Part shown: positions 1 to 12,800 of the stretch, piece by piece
Layout of the letters: each line of letters begins with the position of its first letter
Numbering within the stretch: the first letter of the stretch is position 1
Source: Anaeramoeba ignava BMAN
Taxonomy: Eukaryota; Protista; Anaeramoebae
Assembly (NCBI GenBank): GCA_028826165.1
Contig: JAPDFW010000059.1
Location: forward strand, 1,674,001-1,738,000
Reading direction: 5' to 3'
Length of the DNA stretch: 64,000 bases
Notes under the pieces: generated by a model
What the model was told of the DNA's origin: nothing
The model's database searches: none
Seen by the model: only the letters and a program-made list of their open reading frames with translations
Translations under genes and position numbers: made by a program

Positions 1-270
1 TTTTGAAAAAGAAGATGATCAAGAAGATAAAAAAAATTAATCCCTAAAAAATTTTAATTCAAACTTATTTTTAATTCAAACTTAATTTTAATTCAAACTT
101 AATTCAAACTTATTTCAAACTCAATTTTAATCCAAACTTAATTTCAATTCAAAATTTTATTTCCTTTTTATTTCCTTTTTTTTTATTTCTTTTTCTTTTC
201 AAAAAATAAAAAAACAAAATTTTAATTTTTCATTTTTTCTTTCTTAATTTTTTCTTTTTTAAATTAAAAA

Positions 271-3200
271 ATGAATAATCAAAATGAAAATATTATTGGT
301 CAACAAATTCAACAAAAAGATTCTTCTTATTCTCTTATGTATGCTATGATTCTTGGAATTAGAGTTTCTGTAACTCCAATTATTTAATGAATTAATTAAT
401 GTTCTTTTTGTTTTTTTTTATCAAGTTTATTTGCGAATGTTTTTATTAAAATAATTTAAATTTTTTTAATTTCCCCTTCTTTTTATTTCTTTTAGCTTTC
501 TTCATTTTATTCAGAAAATAATTATTTTCAAATACAAAATTTGAAAGAAGAAAATTTTTTAAAAATAGTTAAATTTTGGATGCCAAAGTAATCAAAATTA
601 AAATTAAAATCAAAATTAAAATCAAATTCAAAATCAAAATCAAATTCAATATCAAAATCAAAATTAAAATCAAATTTAAATTTCAAATTCAAAAATCAAA
701 ATCAAATCAAAATTCAAAGAAAATCAAAAATCAAAATCAAAATTCAAAATTTGAAAAAGAAAAATTTCAAAAAAAAATTAAATTAAAATCAAAATCAAAA
801 TCAAAATCAAAATCAAAATTAAAATCAAAATCAAAATCAAAATCAAAATCAAAATCAAAATCAAAATCAAAATCAAAATCAAAATCAAAATCAAAATTCA
901 AAATCAAATTTAAAATCAAAATCAAAATCAAAATCAAAATTAAAATTCAAAATCAAAATCAAAATCAAATTAAATTCAAAATCAAAATCAAAATCAAAAT
1001 CAAAATCAAAATCAAAATCAAAATCAAAATCAAAATCAAAATTAAAATCAAAATTCAAATTCAAAATCAAAATCAAATTCAAAATCAAATTCAAAATTCA
1101 AAATTAAAATCAAAATCAAAATCAAAATCAAAATCAAAATCTAAAATCAAAATCAAAATCAAAATCAAAAATCAAATTTAAAATTCAAAAATCAAAAATC
1201 AAAATCAAAAAATTAAAATTAAAATTAAAAATCAAAATCAAAATCAAAATCAAAAATCAAAATCAAAATCAAAATTAAAATTCAAATCAAAATTAAAATC
1301 AAAATTAAAATCAAAATCAAATTTAAAATCAAAATCAAAATCAAATTGAAAATCAAATTCAAAATCAAAATCAAAATCAAAATCAAAATCAAAATCAAAA
1401 TCAAAATCAAAAATCAAAATCAAAATTCAAAATCAAAATCAAAATCAAAATCAAAATCAAAATCAAAATCAAAATCAAATTCAAATTCAAAATCAAAATC
1501 AAAAATCAAAATGAAATCAAAAATCAAAATCAAAAATTAAATGAAAAATTAAATGAAAAATTAAATGAAAAATTTTTTAAAAAAAAAAAGTCAAGGAGGA
1601 GACAAAACACCTCCACACGATTGCTCAAATTTTAATTTTAATGATTATTCACCTGCAGTATTCTCAAATCTAAGATTATTCTCTGGATATCACCCAATCG
1701 ATTATTTAGTATATAAAAAACAAATTTTTTAATTGTTTTACTTTTTTGGAATTAATTTTATGATTATATTTTTAACTAGATGTCTTTAACAGAAAATTAT
1801 TCCATGAGTAGAATTGGAACTCCAGGAAAAAGTGGAAGTCTTTTTTATTTTTCTCGTGATGGAAAATTTATTTTGAAAACAATAACAACATCTGAAATGA
1901 AATTTTTAAGAGCAATTCTTAAATCATATTATGAATATATATCGAAAGAACCTGATACACTTTTAAATAAATTCTTGGGGATTCATCAAATCAAAATTTC
2001 TCATAAAAGAAAGTTTAATGTTGTTGTATTAGAGAATATTATCCCAATTGGTTGGGAAATTACAGAAAAATATGATCTCAAAGTTTGATTTATTTTCCAA
2101 AAAAAAAAGTTTTTTGATTCATTTAAAAAAAAAAATCAATCATTATTTTTCAATGATAAATAAAAAAGGGATCAACAGTGGGAAGACAAACTAATGAAGA
2201 AAAGAAAAAAAAGAAAGGAGTTACATTGAAGGATCTTGATTTTCAAAGATCAATTTCATTTGGACCTCAAAAAGCAACTCGATTTTTATCTCAAATTGAA
2301 AAAGATGTGAAAGTAATTTTTTTATTTTTTGAAATTAAATGAAATCAAATTAAATTAAAGTTAATTTCTTTTGGGAATTTGGAAAAAATTTTAGTTTTTG
2401 AGTCAATTATCTATTATGGATTATTCTCTCTTGTTTATTGTTTCAAAAACAACACAAAACCAAAATATTGAAGAAGAAAAAAAGGAATTAGATAAAGATT
2501 ATAAATCGGAAGAAAAGAAAAAATTGGAAGAAAAAAAGAAATTAGAAGAAAAAGAAATTAGAATATAAACCAGATGAAAAGAAAAAAGATAAAGATTATA
2601 AATCAGATAAAAAATATAAATCAGAAGAAAAGAAGAAATTGGAAGAAAAGAAGAAATTAGAAGAAAAAAAGAAATTAGAATATGATGAAAAGAAAAAAGA
2701 TAAAGATTATAAATCAGATAAAAAATATAAATCAGAAGAAAAAAAGAAATTAGAAGAAAAAAAGAAATTAGAAGAAAAAAAGAAATTAGAAGAAAAAAAG
2801 AAATTAGAAGAAAAAAAGGAATTGGAAGAAAAAAAGAAATCAGATAAAAAAAAGGAATTGGAATATGATGAAAAGAAACCAGAAAAATATAAATCAGATA
2901 AAAAATATAAATCAGAAGAAAAGAAGAAATTGGAAGAAAAGAATAAATCAGAAGAAAAGAAGAAATCAGAATATGATGAAAAGAAATCAGATAAAAAATA
3001 TAAATCAGATAAAAAATATAAATCAGAAGAAAAGAAGAAATTGGAAGAAAAAAAGGAATTAGATAAAAAAAAGGAATTGGAAGAAAAGAAGAAATTGAAG
3101 AAGAAAAAAAGAAATCAGATAAAAAGAATGAAATGATGAAAAGAAAACCAGAAAAAGAAATCAGAAAAAATATAAATCAGAAGAAAAGAAGAAATTGGAA

Positions 3201-3912
3201 TATGATGAAAAAAAAAAAATTAGAATATGATGAAAAGAAATTAGATAAAAAATATAAATTAGATAAAAAATATAAATCAGAAGAAAAGAAGAAATTGGAA
3301 GAAAAAAAGGAATTGGATAAAAAAAAGGAATTAGAAGAAAAGAAGAAATCAGAATATGATGAAAAGAAAAAATTAGAAGAAAAGAATAAATCAGAAGAAA
3401 AGAAGAAATTAGAAGAAAAAAAGAAATTGGAATATGATGAAAAGAAAAAAGATAAAGATTATAAATATGATGAAAAGAAAAAAGATAAAGATTATAAATA
3501 TGATGAAAAGAAAAAAGATAAAGACTATAAATCAGAAGAAAAGAAAAAGAAATTAGAATTGGAAGAAGAAAAAAAGAAAAAGGAAAAATTACAAAAATTC
3601 GAAAACCAAAAATCCGTAAAAGAAAGCCAACTTTTTATTTCAAAAATACCCTTTTTCAAATCAGAAAATGGAGGAATTTTAGCAACAGATGAAAAAGATT
3701 CACCAATCGATGAACAATATTTTATTGGAATAATAGATTTCCTTCAAAAATACACAACCAAAAAAAAATTGGCTCATCAATTTAAATCTTTGAAATATGA
3801 TAAAAATAAAATATCCACAGTTAATCCCCAAAAATACGCAGTTCGCTTTATAAAATTTATCACACAAATAACAGGAACAAAAACAGAATCAACAAACAAA
3901 TCAAAAAAATAG
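271..3912 (+). CDS. Phosphatidylinositol phosphate kinase (PIP5K family), multi-exon, with a K/E-rich repetitive insert
   Basis: Exons give MNNQNE...YAMILGIRVS, KTPPHD...FNDYSPAVFSNLR, GTPGKSGSLFYFSRDGKFILKT, KYDLK|GSTVGR, LKDLDF, IMDYSLL and YFIGIIDFLQKY...ISTVNPQKYAVRF, all PIPK catalytic motifs. GT-AG introns (e.g. 588-1590). Frameshifts occur inside the repetitive insert. Confidence 0.9.
588..1590 (+). repeat. Intronic (AAAATC)n microsatellite
   Basis: Degenerate AAAATC/AAAATT hexamer array between GT at 588 and AG at 1589-1590. Confidence 0.9.
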
Positions 3913-4105
3913 AAGAAATTTTAAATTTTAAAAATTAAATAATTTTTATTTGAAAAATTAAATAAAATCCAAAACAAAATCTTTTTTTAAAAAAAAAAAG
4001 TAATTATGATTAAATTGTTCAATGATTTAGGAAAAAGAAATGATCCAAAAAAAAAGTTGAACAAAAAGGAAAAAGAGAAAAGGAAGAAGAAGAATAAGAA
4101 ATGGA

Positions 4106-5659
4106 TTATTTGTTGGTTTCTTTTTGGGGATTGAGATTATCAAGAAGAGAATCGGATTTTTTCTGAAGATTTTGAACTTTCTTTTTATTTTCAACAATTT
4201 TCCTACTAAGAACAGCAGGACCACGAAGACAACCACCTTTGCAAGCCATAACCTCAAGAAGATTATAAGGTGTTTTATGGTGAGCAAATTTCTCGAGACA
4301 CTCAGCAGTTTTATCTGAAAAACCATCGATTTTATGTATATTAACTTTAGCTTTGTTGCCGATTATTGAAGCAACAGCAGCTGAAACGCCACCAGTATAA
4401 GGATAGCCACGACCCTCTTTATGGGCGTTGCCAAAGAGAAGGTTTGTGTCTGGTTTTACTTTAATAGGATCGATGCCCTTTGCAAGGAAAAGACAAGCGA
4501 GTTCTTCGAAGGTGATTGCGTAGTCGACAATAGGGTCTTCGATAGATTCCTGTTTTTTTGAGAAACACGGACCGATAAAAACGCATATGGCGTTGGGAAT
4601 ATTGTTCTTGACAAGCTCTGCAGTATAATGCATTGGGGTTGGTGTTTGAGAGACGAATCCCTTGACGGTAGGAATGTGTTTATGAACAAGTTCAAGATAT
4701 GAAAAACAGCACGACGTTGTCATAACGGTATTTGGATCTGCGTTGATTCTTTCCAAAAACTCCTTTGCCTCGTGCTGGGTTGTAACGTCTGCACCATGAG
4801 CGACCTCAACGACTTGGCTGAAGCCGAGCATTTTGATAGCAGCAACGATCTGAAAGAGATCTGATTTCCCGAATTGTCCGACAATAGAAGGCGCCAGCAT
4901 TGCCACAACCTGTCTGGAGCGTCGTGTGTCCTTAATGAATTTGCAGACGTCGATAACCTGTGATTTATGCGCAATTGCGCCGAACAAACACGAATCAACG
5001 CATGCGCCGCAGGATATGCACTTGTTGAAATCGAGGACCTGAAAACCAGTTTTTGGATTGCGAGTAATTGCCTGGACAGGGCAGGACTCCTCGCAGGGTA
5101 TTGGGATACGTATGATAGAATGATACGGGCAGGAACGCATGCAGTTGCCGCACTTGATGCACTTTCCTGGATCGATTTTCGCTTTCGCATTAGGCAGTAT
5201 ACTAATCGCATCTTTTGGACAGGAATTTACACACGGTTTCGCAAAGCATCCTGCACACGCATCTGTTACGATGTATTGTGATTGGACACAATGCTCACAT
5301 GCGATGTCCATGATCGTTAGAATTGGTCGCGTTATTTTGGTCCTATTTAATGCTCTTTGTGCATATACTGATAATGGTGTCCAATCCATATCAATTTCAT
5401 CCGCTCCAAATCCTAATCCTGCCATGATTCTTTGCTTCAATACTGCCCGTTCTTTGTACTGGCAACACCGTATTGGAACTCGATCTTTCGGTAAAAGTTT
5501 TACTGGTAAAGAATCTACTAATTCCACTAATTTGTCCTGAAATGTTAATTTCGCTATCTCAATTAATACCATTCGTACATATCTAACTGCTTCGTTTCCA
5601 ACTCTTTGTTTTTGTGTAAAGTTTTCTTGCCAATCTAATTTTCTTGATACATAACTCAT
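4106..5659 (-). CDS. Monomeric [FeFe]-hydrogenase with N-terminal ferredoxin-type clusters (group B-like), intronless
   Basis: RCCQYKER/ACEHC N-terminal Cys motif. Ferredoxin motifs CAGCFAKPCVNSCP, CIKCGNCMRSCP, CISCGACVDSC. H-cluster motifs TSCCFSY, GPCFSKKQE, EVMACKGGCLRGP. Confidence 0.9.
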   Translation of the reverse strand: MSYVSRKLDWQENFTQKQRVGNEAVRYVRMVLIEIAKLTFQDKLVELVDSLPVKLLPKDRVPIRCCQYKERAVLKQRIMAGLGFGADEIDMDWTPLSVYAQRALNRTKITRPILTIMDIACEHCVQSQYIVTDACAGCFAKPCVNSCPKDAISILPNAKAKIDPGKCIKCGNCMRSCPYHSIIRIPIPCEESCPVQAITRNPKTGFQVLDFNKCISCGACVDSCLFGAIAHKSQVIDVCKFIKDTRRSRQVVAMLAPSIVGQFGKSDLFQIVAAIKMLGFSQVVEVAHGADVTTQHEAKEFLERINADPNTVMTTSCCFSYLELVHKHIPTVKGFVSQTPTPMHYTAELVKNNIPNAICVFIGPCFSKKQESIEDPIVDYAITFEELACLFLAKGIDPIKVKPDTNLLFGNAHKEGRGYPYTGGVSAAVASIIGNKAKVNIHKIDGFSDKTAECLEKFAHHKTPYNLLEVMACKGGCLRGPAVLSRKIVENKKKVQNLQKKSDSLLDNLNPQKETNK

Positions 5660-5989
5660 TTTTCTTTTCTTATTTTATTTTTTTTTTTATTTTATTTTGA
5701 GGAAAGAAATGATTTTTTTATTTTTTATTATTTTTTTTTTTCATCTTTTTTTCTTTTCTCTTCCACGTGTTTAATTATTTGGGTTCTTTTTCCAAAGTCC
5801 CCTTTTTTTTTTCTTTTTATAAAAATTATTTTTAATCCAAAAACTAAACAAAATCAAATTAAATCCAAATCAAAAACAAGATCAAAATTAAATCCAAATC
5901 CAAAAACAAAATTGAAACAAGATCAAAAACAAAAACAAAAACAAGATCAAAATCAAATCCAAAAACAAAATCAAATCAAATTATTTAAA

Positions 5990-7190
5990 TCAAATTATTT
6001 AAATTAAATTATTTAAATTAAATTATTTAAATTAAATCAAAATATTTAAATTAAATTATTTAAATTAAATTATTTGAATCAAATTAAATTATTTGAATCA
6101 AATCAAATTATTTAAATCAAATTAAATTATTTAAATTAAATTATTTAAATCAAATTATTTAAATTAAATTAAATCAAATTATTTAAATCAAATTAAATTA
6201 TTTAAATCAAATTATTTAAATTAAATCAAATCAAATTATTTAAATTAAATCAAATTATTTAAATTAAATTAAATCAAATTATTTAAATCAAATTAAATTA
6301 TTTAAATCAAATTATTTAAATTAAATCAAATCAAATTATTTAAATTAAATCAAATTATTTAAATTAAATTAAATTATTTAAATTAAATCAAATTATTTAA
6401 ATCAAATTAAATCAAATTATTTAAACCAAAAATATTTAAATTAAATTATTTAAATTAAATTAAATTATTTAAATTAAATTAAATTATTTAAATCATTTTA
6501 TTTAAATCAAATTATTTAAACTCAAATTATTTAAATTAAATCAAATTATTTAAATTAAATCAAATTATTTAAATTAAATCAAATTATTTAAATTAAATTA
6601 TTTAAATTATTTAAATTAAATCAAATTATTTAAATCAAAAATTAAATTAAATCAAAAATTATTTAAATTAAATCAAATTATTTAAATTAAATCAAATTAT
6701 TTAAATTAAATCAAATTATTTAAATTATTTAAATTAAATCAAATTATTTAAATTAAATCAAATTATTTAAATTAAATCAAATTATTTTAAATTAAATCAA
6801 ATTATTTAAATTAAATCAAATTATTTAAATTAAAATTAATTAAATCAAATTATTTTAAATCAAATTATTTAAATTAAATTAATTAAATCAAATTATTTAA
6901 ATTATTTAAATCAAATTAAATCAAATTATTTAAATCAAATTAAATTATTTAAATTAAATCAAATCAAATCAAATTATTTAAATCAAATTAAATTAAATTA
7001 TTTAAATTAAATCAAATTATTTAAATTAAATCAAATTATTTAAATTAAATTAAATTAAATCAATTTAAATTAAATTAAATTATTTAAACCAAAATATTTA
7101 AATCAAATCAAATCATTTAAATTAAATCAAATCCAAAAACAAAATTGAAACAAATTATTTAAATCAAATCAAATCAAATTATTTAAATCA
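5990..7190. repeat. Intergenic AT-rich satellite (AAATT/AAATC/ATTTAAAT mosaic)
   Basis: About 1.2 kb of degenerate tandem repeat between divergent genes. Confidence 0.85.
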
Positions 7191-7318
7191 ATTTTATTCC
7201 ACTTTTTTGATTTGATTTTTAAATGGTTGAATGAAATAAATATTTTGAAAAAGAAAAAGAATTTTTTTTTCATTTTTCATTTTTCATTTTTCATTTTTTT
7301 TCTTTTTCTTTCTTCAAA

Positions 7319-9567
7319 ATGTCAGTTTATTTGATAATTTTGTTTTCAATTCTCAGTATAACATTAGCAGATCCAACACCACCAACCTGGCCAGAAAAGG
7401 TAAAAATAATTAAAATAATAAAAATTAAAATAAAAATAATTAAATTAAAAAAATAAAAAAAGTATCACGTTGAGTTTGTATTTTCACTTCCGTATGCAAA
7501 TTTACATGAAACAACAACAGTGGATTACGACAACACAACAATTCAAGAAAGAATACTTTTTTACAACGGATTAGCAAGTGAATTTCTTCTTGAAACAGAC
7601 ACTTACGATATCATTGTTACTCAAACAAATCAAACCTGTTTCAAAAACATGGAACCTCATGCTACAAATATCACTCTTATTCCAATGTTTCCTGACTTAA
7701 CTCAATGGACTTATATCGGTCAAAATGTTGTTCGTGGATTTTTGTGTGATTCTTGGCAATGGATTTATACTCCTGATGGGTTTAATAAAACTAATGTTTA
7801 TAATTTCTATGTTGATACTTCTTCAGGTCAACCTATTCAATATCATATGCTTGGTTATGATGTGGTTTTTGGTTCTCATTTCGATGAATATGTGTAATTA
7901 ATTCAATTCAAAATTAAAATTCATTTATAAAATTAAAATTAAAATTAATTAAAATTCATTTATAAAATCAATTAAAATTAAAATTTAAAATTAAAATTAA
8001 AATTAAAATTAAAATTAAAATTAAAATTAAAATTAAAATTAAAATTAAAATTAAAATTAAAATTAAAATTAAAATTAAAATTAAAATTAAAATTAAAATT
8101 AAAATTAAAAATTGTTAGTCTTGATTATTATACCTATATCCCAAATTATGTAGATCCAAATGCCTTTACTTTACCTTCAATTTGTGATCATCCTCATAAT
8201 AATATTCGTAAATAACTTAAATTTTCAATTTTCTTTTTTTAATTTTCTTCTTCATTTTGATTTATTTATTATTTATTTATTATTTATTATTTAGCTCATC
8301 AATTTGGAAGAAATTCAAGACTTTTAAAAAAACTTTTCCCAACAATACCTTCTAAACCAGATTCTCTTTTTGAATCCTTTATGAAGAAATATTCCAAAAA
8401 TTATGAATCTGTGGATGAATTTACAAAAAGAAAAGCTATTTTTTACGAAAATTATCAATATATTGAAGATTTTAATCAGAAAAATTCACACATGCAATGT
8501 AAATAGAAAAAGATATTAAATAAATATTAAATAAATAATAAAAATTAAATATTAAATAAATATTAAATAAAAATTAAATAAATATTAAATAAAAATATTG
8601 ATTTGATTATTCCTTTTTTTTTTGTTAGTGGCTATAAATCATTTTGCTGATATGACTCTTGATGAATTCCGCAAATATATGTTGATTCCAAAAGAAATCG
8701 CAGCAAAACAAAAAGAATTCCCAATGGAAACTTACCAACCCCAAATGAAATTTTCAGATCTTCCAACAGAATTTAGTTGGCTTGATTACGGCGCAGTTTC
8801 TCCAGTTAAAGACCAAGCTGTTTGTGGATCTTGTTGGGCATTTAGTACTGTAGGTGCTATTGAAGGTCAATATTTCCTTGCAACAGGCGAACTCAAATTA
8901 TTTAGTGAACAAAATGTAATTGATTGTTCATGGAATGCTACTCATCCTTCATATGGTTGTGATGGAAGTATTCAAGCTTTTGCTTATGAAGCTATTAAAG
9001 GAATGGGTGGAATTGAATTGGAATCTGATTATCCTTATTTAGGAATTACTGGGTATTTTTCATTTTAAAAAATTCAAAATTAATATTAAATTTATAATCA
9101 AAATATTTTTTTAGTTATTGTGGTTTTTCTCAAGAAAAAAGAGCTGCTGCAATTCAATCTTATTATAACATTACAAATTCTGAAGAAGCTGTTAAAGAAG
9201 CACTTTATAATATGGGTCCACTTGCAAGTAAACTTTCTTTGTTTTTTCTTCTAAATAATTATAAATATAAATTTATTGATTCAAATTTTTTCATCATTTA
9301 GTTTCTTATGATGCTGGTCATTTAAGTATGGTTTATTATTCAAGTGGAGTTTATAGTGATAAAAATTGTTCTTCAACTAATCTTGATCATTCAGTTCTTT
9401 TAGTTGGTTGGGGAGATTATCCTGGAACTGGAGAACCTTATTGGTTAATTAAAAATTCTTGGAGTACTCATTGGGGTGATAATGGATATTTCTACATCTC
9501 AAGAAAAAACAATATGTGTGGAGTTACAACTCAAGCTTCTTTCCCAGTTCTTCAAAGAATTCACTAA
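7319..9567 (+). CDS. Papain-family (C1A) cysteine protease with signal peptide, N-terminal extension (26/29-kDa proteinase/CfaD-like) and I29 prodomain; multi-exon
   Basis: Signal peptide MSVYLIILFSILSITLA, NHFADMT prodomain, QAVCGSCWAFS (catalytic Cys), LDHSVLLVGWG (His), YWLIKNSWSTHWG (Asn). Confidence 0.9.
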
Positions 9568-9892
9568 TTCCATTTCATTTCTTTTCATTTCATTTCTTTT
9601 CTTTTCATTTCATTTCTTTTCATTTCTTTTCATTTCTTTTCATTTCATTTCTTTTAGGAATAAAATCCTTATTCAAATTTCTTTTTTCTTCTCTTTCAAA
9701 AAGAAAAAAGAAAAAAGAAATGTTTTTGTTTTTGTTTTTGTTTTAATTGATTAAGAAAAAAGTTTTAGAAGAATGGAAAAAAGGTTAAAAGATTCAACGA
9801 TAAAAAGATAAATTCCAAATTTACTATTTTCTAAATTTGGTGAAAAAAGTTCTTTAAAAAATTTGATTAAAAAAGTTCTTTAAAAAATTTGA

Positions 9893-12800
9893 TTAAAATT
9901 TCATTGCTCGAGTCGCATAACGTGCAACAGCTTTTTTCAAACCATCAATCCAAGGTTGAAGTTTTGTAAGATAACTAAAAAAAAATAATATAAAATAATA
10001 TAAAATAAAAAAAAAGAAAAGTAAATGAATTTTTGAATTTTTACCCATCAGGATCTTCATAATCTCCTGCTCCAAATTCTGTAATCTCCTTTGCTCCTAA
10101 CTTTTTCATTTGAGATTCAAGCAATCTCCCTGCATGATTAAAGTGTGTGTATGTTGAATTTCCAAGTCCAAAAATGGAATATCTTAAAGACTTTAATCTT
10201 GTTGTCAATCTCTGCAAATCTTCCCAAAAATGAATTGCATTTTCAGGAAAAGAACCTTCCCAAAAAGTAGAAGTAACAAGAACAACAAGCTTTTCACTCG
10301 ATAATTTGCTAACATTAAAACTGTTCATTTCAAGAAGACGAGCTTTGATTTTGAATTGCAACAAACTTTGAGTAATGCGAATTGCTGCCATTTCAGCAGT
10401 GCCTGTTTGAGATCCAAAAAGAACTAAAACAGAGTTATTTTCGTTCAATCCTTCCATTGCAAATCTAAACATGTCGGTTGTTTTGGCTGCTTGTATTTCG
10501 ATATGCCGCTGATTGGCTGTATAATGAGTATGCAGTAACTTCTCTGATAAAGGAGACTTGGGTTTTTGCAAAAACTCTTCATAAAGCTCGTTGATTTTCT
10601 CGTTGTTATGTGATTTGCGGAAAGGCAATGCAAATTCATTGTTATAAACTGCTTGTATTCTCTTCGGCAAGATATTGATATTTGAACGGGGTTGTCCACC
10701 TCCTCCAATACATCCTCCAGGACATGCCATCATCTCGCAAAAATCAAATGAAATCTCTCCCTTCTTGAATTGATGGATTAGTTTGTGAATTGCGGCTCCG
10801 CTGTTGACAACAACAACCCGAAGCTTTCGTTCTCCAAAATCAACATCTGCTTTTTTCGTGTTTTCTAATCCTCTTAAATCCTGGAAAACAAGTCTTTGGA
10901 ATACTTTTCCTGTTTGTAATTCATAGGCAGTTCGTAACGCAGCTTCCTTCATTAAACAAAACAAAAAAAAAAAGGAATAATTTGGGAATTTGTCAGTCAA
11001 TCAATCGAAATCGTTTCCAATTTTGTTTTAAAATTTTTCTATTTTCTATTTTCTATTTTCTTTTTTCTTTTAAAATTACCATAACTCCTCCTGTAGCTGC
11101 AAATAAAGAACCTGAACCAGATGATTTTCCGAGTGGATCATCAAAATCACTTTCTTCAAGAGAATCCCAATCAATATTGATATCTCGGAACATTCGGGCG
11201 ATCTCTCGGACGGTCAAACTAACATCAACATCCCAAACTCCATTCACAATCATTTGCTCTCTTCGTAACTCTTGTTTCTTACCAGTGCAAGGCATAATAG
11301 TAACGCAGTAAATGTCTTTTGGTTCAGTCTCGATCTTTTGAGCAAAAAATGATTTGACAATCGCACCAAACATTTGTTGAGGTGATTTTGCTGATGAAAT
11401 GTGAGGAATCAACTCGGGATAAAGCTATATAATAAAATTAAGAATTCAAATCAGAAAAATTCAATTCAAAAAAAAAAATCAAAAAATCAAAAATAAAAAC
11501 GTACTTTTTCAACCATATTGATCCATGCAGGACAGCATGATGTAAACATTGGTAACACTGCATTTGGATCGCTAAGTCTTTGCAAAAGTTCAGTTCCTTC
11601 TTCCATAATTGTTAAATCTGCAAAGAATTGAACATCAAAAACATACTCAAAACCAAGAAGACGAAGAGCAGCAACAAATTTACCAGCAGAAATAGTTCCA
11701 GGTTCCCTATCAAACTCCTCGGAAATAGTAACACGCACTGATGGTGCAATTCCAACAACAAGCTTTTTCTTCTTAGCCTTGAGTTGAGTGAGAACGTCTC
11801 CTGTGTTATCATAAGCAGATATTGCTCCTGTTGGACAAAACACAGAACACTGCCCACACGCTATGCATTGTGTTTCTGATAAAAACTTCCCTCGTGTGCG
11901 GAAAACAGTCTCAATTGCTCCAATAGAACGCGCAGGAAAAGATATAACAGACATGCCTTGGATTCGGTCGCACACTTGTGCACATCTAGCACAATCAATG
12001 CATTTGGATAAATCAACAGAAATTGCATAATTGGAGTTGTCAATAAATGTATCAACAATCCGATCAAGAAGTTTTCCAAACTCTGTAGAATGATCAAATT
12101 TCTCTTCTTTAGCTCGTAAAACTCTGCTGCGTTGCTTCATTCGGAGCTCCAATATCGCTTGTCGTTGTTGATCCTTCACAGAAACAGTGTTTGTGAAAAT
12201 CTTCATCCCTTCTCGCACTTGCGTTGCACAGGCACATGCCTTTCGAGAGTTATTCAACGAACTTTCAATTTCCACAACGCAGCACTTGCATGTCGATAAG
12301 GGATGAAGACGCGGATGATAGCACAGAGAGTATATTTCTACTCCAATAACCCTGCAAGCTTCCACAATATTCAGATTACTTGGAACAGAATATTGCTTTC
12401 CATTGACCCAAATTGTAACGTTATCCGATTGTATTTTTGTCGATAAAATATCTTGGTTTTGTTGGTTGGTTTCGGTTTGCTGTTGTTTCTGTTCTTTGCT
12501 CTCCTCAATCAAAGATCCAGAACGACTCGAGGTTTTGAGCTTAACTTTTGGCCAGCGGATTACCAAAGAGTCTTTTCCTCCAGAAATCAAAGTTCCAGAT
12601 TCCGTAATGGACATACTTGTGACCGCTTTCAAATGCCCTTCATAAAGAGCTTGGCATGACTGGGTTTTAATTGACCAGAGACGAATAGTGTCATCTTGTG
12701 AAGATGTTAAAATTCGGTCGTGAAGAACAATCATATCATAAATTTTTCCTTGATGTCCTTCAAGAAATACAAAGGAATCTTTTTTACTCCCTTTGACTCG

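Noticed and set aside
576-1540. ORFs of KIKIK/SKSKS type, and similar ones at 12817-13449, 21439-22064, 31563-31799 and 58872-59492
   Set aside because: They are translations of intronic microsatellites; flanking exons splice in frame around them.
4124-5540. Antisense and alternate-frame ORFs over the hydrogenase
   Set aside because: Shadow ORFs favoured by higher GC; no recognisable motifs.
4106-5659. Bacterial contamination or chimeric contig
   Set aside because: The gene ends grade into host-like AT-rich codons and flanks, and neighbouring genes are intron-containing eukaryotic genes.
5764-5769. CACGTG E-box upstream of the hydrogenase (another near 49690)
   Set aside because: Only two isolated hexamers; not enough support to call a regulatory site.
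9893-12450. Nar1/NARF (CIA pathway) identity for the fusion protein
   Set aside because: It has canonical TSCCPAW, MPCxxKKxE and EMMACPGGC motifs plus a [2Fe-2S]/2x[4Fe-4S] F-domain, which are hydrogenase features rather than Nar1 features.
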